From an uncultured Gammaproteobacteria bacterium (GTDB taxonomy: Bacteria; Patescibacteriota; Patescibacteriia; 2-12-FULL-60-25), in NCBI GenBank assembly GCA_964482085.1, contig CAYZVS010000004.1, positions 11,878-75,877 of the forward strand: a stretch of DNA of 64,000 nucleotides, in the 5' to 3' direction. Within the stretch, counting starts at the first letter, position 1. Each line of letters begins with the position of its first letter. The notes beneath the pieces were generated by a model. That model saw only the letters and a program-made list of their open reading frames with translations. It was not told the DNA's origin and did not search any database. Of the stretch, positions 55,605 to 64,000 are shown one piece after another. The position numbers and the translations under genes were made by a program.

Positions 55605-56036
55605 TTAACCTCGGAAATCTGGTCCAGCATCTTCCGGTTGCCAAAGTGGATACGTCCCATCCTTTTGACGATCCAAGACAAAACCATTGTAAACAGGATC
55701 ATCTGAACCCGGCTGATCAATAATCGCATCAACAACGATACCTGTGGTCGTTCTCTTGATGAACATCGATACAACCTCATTGCCTGGCAATGTGCGATAG
55801 TAAGCTGTAAACGGTTCGACGACATCGGATTGAATGTTCGTGAGTTCTGCAGCCGTAAATGCAAGCTTGTTAAAATAAAAAACCTGCGGTGTTTGCGCGC
55901 ACATCTCGCCTGTTTTGACAACGGATTCGCCAACGCCCGTATCGACAACCGGGCTCGTGGCAATAGTCGGTATCTCACATCCAGCTCCAAATAACGATAA
56001 ACAGGCAATCACAGCAATGGGTTTGATGAGTCTCAT
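55605..56036 (-). CDS. hypothetical lipoprotein
   Basis: I trimmed the start to MRLIKPIAVIACLSLFGAGC (lipobox). I recognised no family motif. Confidence 0.55.
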   Translation of the reverse strand: MRLIKPIAVIACLSLFGAGCEIPTIATSPVVDTGVGESVVKTGEMCAQTPQVFYFNKLAFTAAELTNIQSDVVEPFTAYYRTLPGNEVVSMFIKRTTTGIVVDAIIDQPGSDDPVYNGFVLDRQKDGTYPLWQPEDAGPDFRG

Positions 56037-56105
56037 ATACCCTAGTTGTAACAAAATACACACAATTGACAAGTGCCTGGCACAATCATACGCTTCCGCT
56101 CATCT

Positions 56106-57392
56106 ATGTCGGAAAAAAAACGCATTGCCGTTATCGGGGCTGGAATCGCCGGACTCGCCTGCGCATATAACCTAAAACAGGCAGGACATGAAGTCACTGT
56201 CTATGAGAAAAATACCCACGTCGGTGGACGTATGTCATCCAGAACCAAAGACGGATTCATCTTTGATCTTGGAGCAGACCATCTCTGCGACCTATATGAC
56301 AGAATAAAATACTATTGTTCAGAATTTGGCATCGAGTGGGAAAAGATGCGCTTTCTAAAATATGCCCTTCTTAAAGAAGGAAAGCTCGTGCCCTTTGCCA
56401 ACGCCATAGGCACGCTCTCCAAACTCCGCCTCACGTGGCAATTTTTTCTTGCAAAAAATGTAGGCGACTTCCTCGACCTCGACAATCTCACAGAATACGA
56501 CACAGAAAACGCCTACGCTTACATGAAACGCTGGGCCGGAGAAACGGTCGCGGATTATTACATCGATGCCTTTACCTCCACCTATCAATTCCATCGTGCA
56601 GAAGAAATTAGTGTCGCCGCACTAAAAGGAATCCTAAAATCGATAACTACCGAGCCGAATCGATGGCATCTCCATAGAACCAAAGGTGGAATGCAAGCAC
56701 TGCCGGACGCTTTTGCAGCGAGACTCAACGTACATTGCGATTCCCCCATTCAAGAAATTACCGGAGGAAATATGGTGACGCTCAAAAAACCTGACGGATC
56801 CTTAGAAACCTACGACGCCGTCGTCCTCGCTTCGCAAGCAACCGCGAGTCACCGCATCTATCAAAACCCGACCCCACAGCAAAAAGACTTACTTGAGAAT
56901 GCTAAATACGCTTCCACGATCAGTATCGCCTTCCGCGTGGATCACGCACTTCTCCCAGACACAGCCGTTGTCTGGGTTCCCTTTGTTGAAAACCCACATA
57001 TTTCTGGCTATGTAAATGAAGCCATGAAAGGCGAGGAGGTACTACAGGGTGACAAGACGCTCCTTTCCGTATGGTTGCATGAAGTCTTCGCTAAGACATT
57101 GCTTGATAAAACAAATGAAGAGATCTTTGAAGCAGTAAAACCAGAGCTCCTCAAAGCATGTCCATGGATTACATCGGTCGAACAACTAGAAAACCACGAC
57201 TTAGAACGTTGGGTCGATGCGATGCCAAAATTCAGTCACGGTCATCTAACCCGTGTCGAAACCTTTATGAACAAAGGCCAGGGAGCAAACAACGTCTTCT
57301 TTTCTGGCGACTATCTAAACGGCCCTTGGACGGAAGGCGCACTCCGCAACGGTGAACGTGTTGCAAAACAGGTACTTACAGAGCTTGGATAA
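56106..57392 (+). CDS. NAD(P)/FAD-dependent oxidoreductase (amine oxidase / protoporphyrinogen oxidase-like fold)
   Basis: I trimmed the start to [43 protein letters not shown] (GxGxxG plus the GG motif). Confidence 0.8.
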   Translation: MSEKKRIAVIGAGIAGLACAYNLKQAGHEVTVYEKNTHVGGRMSSRTKDGFIFDLGADHLCDLYDRIKYYCSEFGIEWEKMRFLKYALLKEGKLVPFANAIGTLSKLRLTWQFFLAKNVGDFLDLDNLTEYDTENAYAYMKRWAGETVADYYIDAFTSTYQFHRAEEISVAALKGILKSITTEPNRWHLHRTKGGMQALPDAFAARLNVHCDSPIQEITGGNMVTLKKPDGSLETYDAVVLASQATASHRIYQNPTPQQKDLLENAKYASTISIAFRVDHALLPDTAVVWVPFVENPHISGYVNEAMKGEEVLQGDKTLLSVWLHEVFAKTLLDKTNEEIFEAVKPELLKACPWITSVEQLENHDLERWVDAMPKFSHGHLTRVETFMNKGQGANNVFFSGDYLNGPWTEGALRNGERVAKQVLTELG

Positions 57393-59010
57393 ATTCTTCA
57401 TCTGTTGGTGGCTTGATCCCGTCAAGAAAACGGTCACCTGTTAAATCCATATACAGATCCATACCAGTAGAGACGGTACCGTACATCCCAGCCCATCCAC
57501 TCGATGCATTACACCACCAAAAATTTGGGAACGGTGTTTTTGCTTTCAAGCGATTCTTACTAACTTGAGACGGAATCATATCCGCACCGTAAGCGTTCCC
57601 TTGTGGCGCGAGCACAAAATCCACATTCGTTGTTGATGTGCCGATCGTTTTAACGACGATATGTTTACGAATATCAGGAATATATTTTTTCTCAACAAGA
57701 TCGATCATTTTCTCTGCCGTCTGTAACTTCAATTTTATATAGTCAGCATAGCTCTTATCCTGCGCGTCCTTGAACGGCTGATATTCTGTATACGAGGCAA
57801 GCTCAAGAATCTGACAATCCGGTCCAGGTGTCGTACCACCCTCATTTGTGTGAAGCGTTGGCGTAGACATAAAAACCCAAGGCTTCTCAAAATTCACCTT
57901 ACCCATCTGACGCCACATCTCATTCATATCCCAATCCTCAAGATGCCAGATATTAAATGAACCGAATCCGTATTTTCTTAGGTCAATATCTTTCAAACCA
58001 AGATAGATAACGACACCGGCTTGCGAATACTTGTAGGACAATTTTTTCTGCTCTTCTGCTGGGAATTTCTCCCAACCGATCATTTTGGCCATGGTTTGCG
58101 GATCACCATTGCAAATAAAATTCTCCGCTTCAAAAACCTTACCGTCTCTCGTTCCGACGTTAGTCACCTTGCCATCCTCAACCGTGATTGTATCGACGGG
58201 CGTTTCATAGTAGATATGACAACCATCGTGGCTCGTAATAAAATCCGCCAAACGCTGGACGTAATACTTGAAATGTTTTGTCGGATAATACGCACCGGTA
58301 TTGTACCCACCAAATAATGAAATAAACATGAAAAGGGAAAGCTTTTCAGGGGGTAACATAAAATCCCCCGCATTGGCGCAAAGTACCGCTTGCGCCTCCT
58401 TACTTAAACGGCACTCATCAAATAGATCCTGCTGTGTCGCATTGCGGTACTTGATGATATTTGGATATTTGTACGCCTTCAAGAAATCAAACCAACGAAT
58501 TTTTGTCGGGAATGTTCTGAACTCCTCCCGAATCGCACGGAGAGCAGAAACAAATTTTTCCATGGGCTCTTTTTGATCTGGATACGCTGCAACAACATTC
58601 TGTACAAGCTTATCGTAACCATACGGAATGGTAACGCGTTTTCCATCAGGCATCACCATGTGGTCATAGCCATTCTTATCGAGCAGTTCAAACGTAATAT
58701 CTTTCTCAAGCCCTACATGCTTGAGGAACTCATAAATTTTCCCACCGGGAGCGCATCCCCAAATATAATGAACCTGACCACAGAAATGATAATCCCCCGT
58801 GTGGAAGGTTTGCGCATAACCGCCTGGAATATCATGCGCCTCGAGCATACAAATCTTTTTCCCTGCTTTTGCGAGTAAAGCAGCAACCGTCAAAGCCGAG
58901 CTACCGGTTCCAACAATAACGTAGTCGTATTTGTGACCTTCCGCATATCGCGCATCTTGCGCAACGTGTTGCTCCTTGGTTAAGGCGCTTGTGCTCGATT
59001 TCTTTGCCAT
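57376..59010 (-). CDS. phytoene desaturase (CrtI) / RetSat-like family FAD-dependent oxidoreductase
   Basis: I trimmed the start to MAKKSS. Contains [39 protein letters not shown]. The ~545-aa size is typical of CrtI/CrtISO/RetSat-like enzymes. Confidence 0.7.
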   Translation of the reverse strand: MAKKSSTSALTKEQHVAQDARYAEGHKYDYVIVGTGSSALTVAALLAKAGKKICMLEAHDIPGGYAQTFHTGDYHFCGQVHYIWGCAPGGKIYEFLKHVGLEKDITFELLDKNGYDHMVMPDGKRVTIPYGYDKLVQNVVAAYPDQKEPMEKFVSALRAIREEFRTFPTKIRWFDFLKAYKYPNIIKYRNATQQDLFDECRLSKEAQAVLCANAGDFMLPPEKLSLFMFISLFGGYNTGAYYPTKHFKYYVQRLADFITSHDGCHIYYETPVDTITVEDGKVTNVGTRDGKVFEAENFICNGDPQTMAKMIGWEKFPAEEQKKLSYKYSQAGVVIYLGLKDIDLRKYGFGSFNIWHLEDWDMNEMWRQMGKVNFEKPWVFMSTPTLHTNEGGTTPGPDCQILELASYTEYQPFKDAQDKSYADYIKLKLQTAEKMIDLVEKKYIPDIRKHIVVKTIGTSTTNVDFVLAPQGNAYGADMIPSQVSKNRLKAKTPFPNFWWCNASSGWAGMYGTVSTGMDLYMDLTGDRFLDGIKPPTDEEFIQAL

Positions 59011-59047
59011 AATGGCGGAATTGTGGCCTGTCGGATATATTTTGGCA

Positions 59048-59620
59048 ATGAAACGCGCCATCATCGTCCACGGTTGGGCAAGCCACAGCCGTGATAGCTG
59101 GTTTCCATGGATCAAAAAAGAGCTGGAATCAAAGGGTTTTCAAGTCTCTATCCCCAATCTTCCATTCCCTCGTTTTCCACTGATCCCGCTTTGGACACAC
59201 GCTCTAAGAGCGTGTGTCGGAACCGTCGATCAAGATACGGTCTTTATCGGCCACAGCATCGGTTGCCAAGCGATTCTGCGTTTTCTAGCGACTCAATCTC
59301 ACCCGGCTAAGGGCGCCGTATTTGTCGCTGGATTCTTTACACTCAACAAACCGGAATCCTGGATCAAGAAAAAAATCATCGCTCACTGGCTTCATCAACC
59401 GTTGGACCTGGATAAATTACAAAAGCTTCTTCCAGATTCCACCGCCATCTTCTCCGACAATGACCGACGCATTCCGCTTGATGAGAACAGAAGAGCCTTC
59501 AAGAAAAATCTCGGAAGCAAAATCCTCATCGATCACAATAAAAAACATTTTGCTGGAAAACAAGGTATAACGGAGCTACCAAGTGCCCTGAATGCTACGC
59601 TCGACCTTTTTCATGACTAA
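59048..59620 (+). CDS. alpha/beta hydrolase, YdeN/RBBP9-type serine hydrolase
   Basis: I trimmed the start to MKRAIIVHGWASHSRDSWFPWIKKEL. The nucleophile elbow is GHSIGC. Confidence 0.75.
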   Translation: MKRAIIVHGWASHSRDSWFPWIKKELESKGFQVSIPNLPFPRFPLIPLWTHALRACVGTVDQDTVFIGHSIGCQAILRFLATQSHPAKGAVFVAGFFTLNKPESWIKKKIIAHWLHQPLDLDKLQKLLPDSTAIFSDNDRRIPLDENRRAFKKNLGSKILIDHNKKHFAGKQGITELPSALNATLDLFHD

Positions 59621-60404
59621 ATCCGATCTGCGTTTTTACGCGCATGAACTTGTTGTCTTCACGATCAAACAAGCACGTGCTTGTATTTTTGCTGGATTAT
59701 TTTTTGTCCTACTTTTTCTTTCACGTTATTTACCACTTGGCCCGCTCCCTCGTTACGACTTCCTGTTCATCGCCGCCGTCGCCATCCAAATCGCCCTATA
59801 CTGTTTAAAAATAGAAACCAAGGACGAAATAAAAACGATCGCACTCTTTCATATGATCGGCCTCGCACTCGAGCTCTACAAAACAAATCCGGCGATCGGC
59901 TCTTGGACCTATCCGGAATTTGGTTATCTCAAAATCGGAACCGTTCCACTGTATAGCGGCTTCATGTATGCCGCTGTTGGAAGTTACATCAGCCAATCAT
60001 GGCGCATCATGAAACTCAAACTAACCGGCAAAGTTCTCTACTGGCCAAGCGTGATTCTCGGTATCGCTATCTATCTCAACTTTTTTACCAATCACTATCT
60101 CCCCGATATTCGCTGGATTTTGATCGTGCTTGTTTTTATAACGTTCTGGAAAAACAGGGTGGAATATACGATCACAAGCAAAACCTATCGCATGCCGGTC
60201 TCATTCTCTTTTTTACTCATCGCTTTCTTTATTTGGATCGCAGAAAATATTTCAACCTATCTTGGAGCATGGAAATATCCGCATCAACTCACAACCTGGA
60301 ACATTGTCTCATTCCATAAAATCACATCGTGGTACCTGCTTGTTATCATCAGTTTCATTCTGATCGCAAACTTAAAACACATAAAAGAAAACCGTTCCAA
60401 ATAA
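59613..60404 (+). CDS. DUF817-family membrane protein
   Basis: FTIKQARACIFAGLFFVLLFLSRYLPL...PRYDFLFIAAVAIQI. About 7 TM helices. ATG 59613 is preferred over the track start at 59592. Confidence 0.65.
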   Translation: MTKSDLRFYAHELVVFTIKQARACIFAGLFFVLLFLSRYLPLGPLPRYDFLFIAAVAIQIALYCLKIETKDEIKTIALFHMIGLALELYKTNPAIGSWTYPEFGYLKIGTVPLYSGFMYAAVGSYISQSWRIMKLKLTGKVLYWPSVILGIAIYLNFFTNHYLPDIRWILIVLVFITFWKNRVEYTITSKTYRMPVSFSFLLIAFFIWIAENISTYLGAWKYPHQLTTWNIVSFHKITSWYLLVIISFILIANLKHIKENRSK

Positions 60405-60405
60405 T

Positions 60406-60930
60406 ATGACCGACTCACAAACCTTGGGCACCATCGGTCTTGCGCTTATTGCAATCGTGCTCATCATTGTTGATATTATGGTTGTGCGGTTTGTCGTCAG
60501 AGGCGCACCCTATATCCCAACAAAACCGGAAGGCGTAGAAAAAATGCTTGCACTAATCGATGTTCAGCCAGGAATGAAAGCAGTCGATATTGGTTCTGGT
60601 GACGGTCGCATCGTGATCGCGCTCGCACAAGCAGGAATGGAGGCCGATGGTTATGAAGTAAATCCCCTACTCGTCTGGATCTCGAGACGCAATATTCAAC
60701 GCGCTGGACTGGAACAAAAAGCCAAGATTCATCAGGTTGATTTATGGAAGGCCGACCTCTCGCAATATAACGTAATAACACTGTTTGGTGTCGGCTACAT
60801 CATGCGTGCTTTGGAAAAGAAATTGCGGCGAGAACTGAAACCCGGTTCCCAAATAATCTCCCTTGGTTTCAAATTCCCAACCTGGCAATACCGTGAAAAA
60901 AACGGCAGCCTCTACACTTACCGTGTTTGA
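60406..60930 (+). CDS. class I SAM-dependent methyltransferase with N-terminal TM helix
   Basis: 174 aa. AVDIGSGDGRIVIALAQAGMEADGYEVNP. Confidence 0.75.
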   Translation: MTDSQTLGTIGLALIAIVLIIVDIMVVRFVVRGAPYIPTKPEGVEKMLALIDVQPGMKAVDIGSGDGRIVIALAQAGMEADGYEVNPLLVWISRRNIQRAGLEQKAKIHQVDLWKADLSQYNVITLFGVGYIMRALEKKLRRELKPGSQIISLGFKFPTWQYREKNGSLYTYRV

Positions 60931-60993
60931 GCTTCACCCTTGTAACAAGCATCATTTTCTGCTAGATTTTTTCCAGTTCATTCGGAGGCAACC

Positions 60994-61797
60994 ATGCGCA
61001 TACGTGCGGCCCTCGCACTCACTTGTTCCGTCCTCCTGTTCTTTTTTGTCGCCGGTTTCCTCGCATTTCCAGAAGTCATCGTCATGATGATCGTCGCACT
61101 CCTCAAAGGAGAAGGCGCTTCAGGTATGCGGGTAAAGGCATCAACACACACGGGAAAATGGGCCTGTCGCCTTTACATCTGGATCTGTCGAATCTTACAC
61201 ATCCACATACACAAAAATTGGCCTACAGATGATGATGGTCGACCAGCAATCATCATGGCAAATCATCTCGGCGCTTTTGATCTTCTGCTGATGTGGGGAG
61301 TTGCCGTTCAGTCCGGGAGATCCAATAACCGACTCGTGATAAAGAGAAGCATTCTCTTTATCCCCATCGTCGGACAACTTGCATGGCTGACGGGCGCCAT
61401 CCCACTCAAACGCAACCGCGACCCAAACGATCGTAGAGCGATCGCAGAAGGTGCACGGAAAGCGATCGCAGAAAAAGCGAGCGTCCCGATCTTCCCAGAA
61501 GGCACACGTTTTACCGGCGCCATCGGAGGAAGCGGATATCGCCACCTACTCCCACCAAAAATCGGTGGGTTCAAGAATCTACGTCGAGAGCTCCCTGACT
61601 ATCCAGTTCTCGACATTACCGCTTCATGGTATCCGCCACTTCCACCCGGAAGCGGTACAACCGTTCTCGATAGCCTCAAACTCTATGGACGTGATCTGCG
61701 TATTACTGGCCATCTTTTCAACGCCGATCAAATTGATGAAAACTGGTTAGAGAAACGCTGGCATGAAAAAGATGACGAGCTCGCATCTCGTCAATAA
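60994..61797 (+). CDS. lysophospholipid (1-acyl-sn-glycerol-3-phosphate) acyltransferase family protein
   Basis: 267 aa. H-x4-D motif (ANHLGAFD) and FPEGTR motif. N-terminal TM helix. Confidence 0.8.
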   Translation: MRIRAALALTCSVLLFFFVAGFLAFPEVIVMMIVALLKGEGASGMRVKASTHTGKWACRLYIWICRILHIHIHKNWPTDDDGRPAIIMANHLGAFDLLLMWGVAVQSGRSNNRLVIKRSILFIPIVGQLAWLTGAIPLKRNRDPNDRRAIAEGARKAIAEKASVPIFPEGTRFTGAIGGSGYRHLLPPKIGGFKNLRRELPDYPVLDITASWYPPLPPGSGTTVLDSLKLYGRDLRITGHLFNADQIDENWLEKRWHEKDDELASRQ

Positions 61798-61803
61798 AAA
61801 CAA

Positions 61804-61830
61804 CCCCGCAGGCCATGCTCGCCTGCGGGG
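61804..61830. terminator. terminator hairpin between convergent genes
   Basis: 10-bp GC-rich stem ccccgcaggc / gcctgcgggg with loop catgctc. The T-rich tail lies on the minus-strand side. Confidence 0.6.
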
Positions 61831-61857
61831 TCCTCTTGTGCCGAGCCCGCTTACTTC

Positions 61858-62265
61858 TTAACGCTTACCTCCCGTTCCGCGATGGAACATCGGCTTCATG
61901 ATAGGTAACCCAGCTTTTTCAAGAAGGGCTTTTGCTTCATCGTTCTTGCCATCCTTGCGCAAAGCATTTGCTTGTTCCAGGGTTATTTTTTGCTCGTCCG
62001 TCAATTGAACGCGCATCATGTTACCGCGTCGATGCATCGGAATCCCTGCTTTTACAAGAATGTCATCTGCCTGCTTACGCAAAGCATCCGCTTGTTCCAC
62101 GGCAGTCTTTTGCGCGTCGGTCAGATTCATCTTCTCCAAAAAAGGGTGCTTAACAGTCGTATTTTGATCTATCGTTGTCGTCGCTGCGTGTACGCCAGTA
62201 ATCGCAAGTGCAGCTACCGGAAGAATCACAGCAGAAGAAAAGAATAATTTACGAAGATTATTCAT
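61858..62265 (-). CDS. secreted LTXXQ-motif protein (CpxP/Spy-like), internally duplicated
   Basis: 135 aa. Signal peptide ...AALAITGVHA. Two units, LTDAQKTAVEQADALRKQ... and LTDEQKITLEQANALRKD... Confidence 0.55.
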   Translation of the reverse strand: MNNLRKLFFSSAVILPVAALAITGVHAATTTIDQNTTVKHPFLEKMNLTDAQKTAVEQADALRKQADDILVKAGIPMHRRGNMMRVQLTDEQKITLEQANALRKDGKNDEAKALLEKAGLPIMKPMFHRGTGGKR

Positions 62266-62289
62266 AGGAAAAATAGTGTGGATAAAGAG

Positions 62290-63171
62290 TTAACGGCACG
62301 CACCGCGGCGCAGCGTCTTGAGAATCTCGTAAGGCACAGAGTCCTTACAATCAGTGCTACGCGACTTCTCGACTGTTCTTTCATCACCGCAAGCAACACC
62401 GCCTCGTTTAGAGACACCCCCTACTCTTGAATCCCATGGAAAGATGTAGCAAGGTCGGAAAAATGGCTTTTCAGGGCCATCACCATCTTTGGCAAAAATA
62501 CCGATAACACGCACAACATTGCGCTCCATGAGCAGCTCTTGGCTATCAGAAGCAAGATCCGACAAGCCCATGACATAAATAGATCCATCAAATCCACGCA
62601 AACGGAAAGACTGCGCTTCATTGTCGATATCAAGCACCTCCCCACCAAGCAATCCCTGACCCGGTTGCGACCATACAGATCGCTCTCGAACATTAACGGG
62701 TCGATACAATGGAATACGAGAACCAACCTGCTCTTCCACTAACTTTCCAGCACCGCTGGCATAGAAGAACAAACCCCCTAACATAATTCCAAGCAAACTA
62801 AATCCAATCACCGCAAGCAACGGAACACGATACCCGCGCGATGTGTGTCGAAAATTTTCATACGCCATCAGCATCGCACCGACGACCGCCACAATCCAAA
62901 CCGTTGGCAATACCTGCATCACAAAACCAAACAAATGCTGATGCGTAACAATACGATACTCCCAACCTGCATTCACAAAAGCAAAAAGCAATGCTCCGGC
63001 AACCAAAGAACCGAGAATAATTGATAGGACCCAAAATACCCAGAACAAGCGGTCCTTTACCGTGAATTTCCATTTTGGAAGCGGAACAACTTGCTCCATT
63101 TCAATACGATCCAAGACCTTGCTCGCAAGATCCGGATTGTGGCCCGTAGGCTGGATTTGGTGTTCATTCAT
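62290..63171 (-). CDS. hypothetical 4-TM membrane protein, candidate anti-sigma factor
   Basis: 293 aa. Lies 3 nt downstream of the ECF sigma gene. It has 4 hydrophobic helices and a Cys-containing C-terminal domain. The assignment rests on position only. Confidence 0.4.
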   Translation of the reverse strand: MNEHQIQPTGHNPDLASKVLDRIEMEQVVPLPKWKFTVKDRLFWVFWVLSIILGSLVAGALLFAFVNAGWEYRIVTHQHLFGFVMQVLPTVWIVAVVGAMLMAYENFRHTSRGYRVPLLAVIGFSLLGIMLGGLFFYASGAGKLVEEQVGSRIPLYRPVNVRERSVWSQPGQGLLGGEVLDIDNEAQSFRLRGFDGSIYVMGLSDLASDSQELLMERNVVRVIGIFAKDGDGPEKPFFRPCYIFPWDSRVGGVSKRGGVACGDERTVEKSRSTDCKDSVPYEILKTLRRGACR

Positions 63172-63174
63172 AAT

Positions 63175-63744
63175 TTATTCCAAGTGAGAGAGAGATTGCC
63201 GCAAACGTTTCTTGGCACGATTCAACAGCGTCGCCACCGTTCCTGTCGGAATACGCAAAATATCTGATATTTCAGAATACTCACGATCCTCAAAATAACG
63301 CAGCACAATCACATCCCGATACTTACTTTCCAATGTTTGCATTGCTCGTACCAACTGTTCCGTATTCAAACCCAATTCCGCCAGCATCGATGTATCAGAA
63401 TGACCATCCAATTGATCCAAAATCAATTCAGCGTCATCCACCGAATGCCCTTCAGGACGCACAGAGCTTGATCGAAAAAAACTCATCGTTTCATTGTGGG
63501 TGATACGATAAATCCAAGAAGAAAACTTCAGCGTTGGATCAAACTCGTTCAAATTACGATACGTTTTCAAAAAAACGTTCTGTAAGATATCCTCGATATC
63601 TTCCCTGCGCTTCAGCCCTAATCTCCGCAGGTATCTCGCAAGTGGTTCCTGGTATCTGTTTACCAGTAACCCAAAAGCCTCCTTATGCAACAAGGCCTCT
63701 CCGACGACCTCTTCGTCGGCGCGCGTGACGGCATGGTTCGTCAT
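63175..63744 (-). CDS. ECF-type sigma-70 family RNA polymerase sigma factor
   Basis: 189 aa. Region 2 is DIEDILQNVFLKTYRNLNEFDP...FSSWIYRITHNETMSFFR. Region 4 is VIVLRYFEDREYSEISDILRIPTGTVATLLNRAKKRL. Confidence 0.85.
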   Translation of the reverse strand: MTNHAVTRADEEVVGEALLHKEAFGLLVNRYQEPLARYLRRLGLKRREDIEDILQNVFLKTYRNLNEFDPTLKFSSWIYRITHNETMSFFRSSSVRPEGHSVDDAELILDQLDGHSDTSMLAELGLNTEQLVRAMQTLESKYRDVIVLRYFEDREYSEISDILRIPTGTVATLLNRAKKRLRQSLSHLE

Positions 63745-63758
63745 GTCACCTATCGATA

Positions 63759-63785
63759 TATACGCGTTTAAACACCTTTTGTTTC
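63759..63785 (-). promoter_or_regulatory. candidate ECF-type promoter (GAAAC-16 nt-CGTATA) upstream of the sigma gene
   Basis: On the reverse strand: GAAAC at 63785-63781, a 16-nt spacer, then CGTATA at 63764-63759, 14 nt before ATG 63744. It resembles the generic GAAC-N16/17-CGT pattern of ECF promoters. Confidence 0.3.
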
Positions 63786-63867
63786 TGCTTGTCCATAAAG
63801 TGTGCCAAGGTTAGGCAAATCTATCCGAAAGAAACGATCGTATCTGACGTATTAAGAAACAACAACT

Positions 63868-64000
63868 ATGAATAAAAAACTTCTGATCGCTCTTTCCGTC
63901 GTTATTATTCTCGCAATCGCAGGAGTTGCTGGATACGCATTTCTCACATCCCCAACAAAAGCTCCGACACAACCCGTATCAGAGAACCGCCCACCGATAG
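63868..64000 (+). CDS. partial CDS (N-terminus only): membrane-anchored or secreted hypothetical protein
   Basis: ATG at 63868. MNKKLLIALSVVIILAIAGVAGYAFLTSPTKAPTQPVSENRPPI..., open to the window end. Confidence 0.5.
   Translation, partial: MNKKLLIALSVVIILAIAGVAGYAFLTSPTKAPTQPVSENRPPI

Noticed and set aside
1-64000. Alternative genetic code (UGA reassigned, as in some CPR lineages)
   Set aside because: TGA terminates several genes exactly where homologous proteins end and within ATGA overlaps (e.g. 2901, 9346, 14080). The only tRNA seen is a normal tRNA-Trp(CCA). Long ORFs do not need TGA read-through.
1-64000. CRISPR arrays, rRNA genes, IS elements, integrases, prophage genes
   Set aside because: I scanned the intergenic regions and the ORF list. 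No spacer-repeat arrays, no transposase or integrase motifs and no rRNA-like stretches were recognised. The only mobile-looking feature is the DUF559 cassette.

Overview
Gene-dense window with about 62 CDS, mostly on the minus strand, many with 4-nt start/stop overlaps, plus one tRNA-Trp(CCA). I saw no rRNA, CRISPR array, transposase or integrase. TGA is used as a stop, so the standard bacterial code applies. The gene content looks like a small-genome, Gram-positive-type bacterium, possibly Patescibacteria/CPR: many GT4/GT2 glycosyltransferases, DUF5667 and DUF5665-like proteins, sortase plus LPXTG, and a compact murC-murB-hpf-secA block. That taxonomic call is inference only. Layout: (1) 1-21.2 kb is a 16-gene glycan-assembly island. 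It holds a DegT-like/Gfo-Idh-MocA pair, 2 WecB epimerases, 2 AsnB-type amidotransferases, 3 SAM methyltransferases, a GT2, five stand-alone GT4-type (GT-B) enzymes, a 1211-aa GT4-GT4-GT-C fusion and a Wzy_C+TPR membrane protein. (2) 21.2-21.9 kb holds a DUF559 nuclease-like gene bracketed by 84/94-nt double-hairpin direct repeats. (3) 21.9-27.8 kb holds a 1290-aa S/T-rich secreted S-layer-like protein with a 254-nt leader, preceded by an ECF sigma and a DUF5667 protein. (4) 27.9-42 kb is mixed housekeeping: HTH protein, GT4, yraN, methyltransferases, NUDIX, secA, hpf, murB, murC, glyA, engB. (5) 43.2-46.8 kb is a second giant secreted beta-helix protein, frameshifted, with a peptidoglycan-binding domain. 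It shares a ~120-aa module with the S-layer-like protein. (6) 47-55 kb holds msrA, an M23 peptidase, a split DUF3494 / 3x110-aa-repeat / LPNTG surface protein with its own sortase, a GH3 enzyme and tRNA-Trp. (7) 55-62 kb holds an HD hydrolase, two FAD oxidoreductases, a hydrolase, DUF817, a methyltransferase and an acyltransferase. (8) 61.9-63.8 kb is an ECF sigma / membrane protein / LTXXQ module. The most interesting hypothesis is a surface-layer glycoprotein encoded next to a dedicated O-glycosylation machinery, built around the Wzy_C-TPR candidate oligosaccharyltransferase and the GT4-GT4-GT-C fusion. All family calls rest on motif recognition by eye; no database search was possible.
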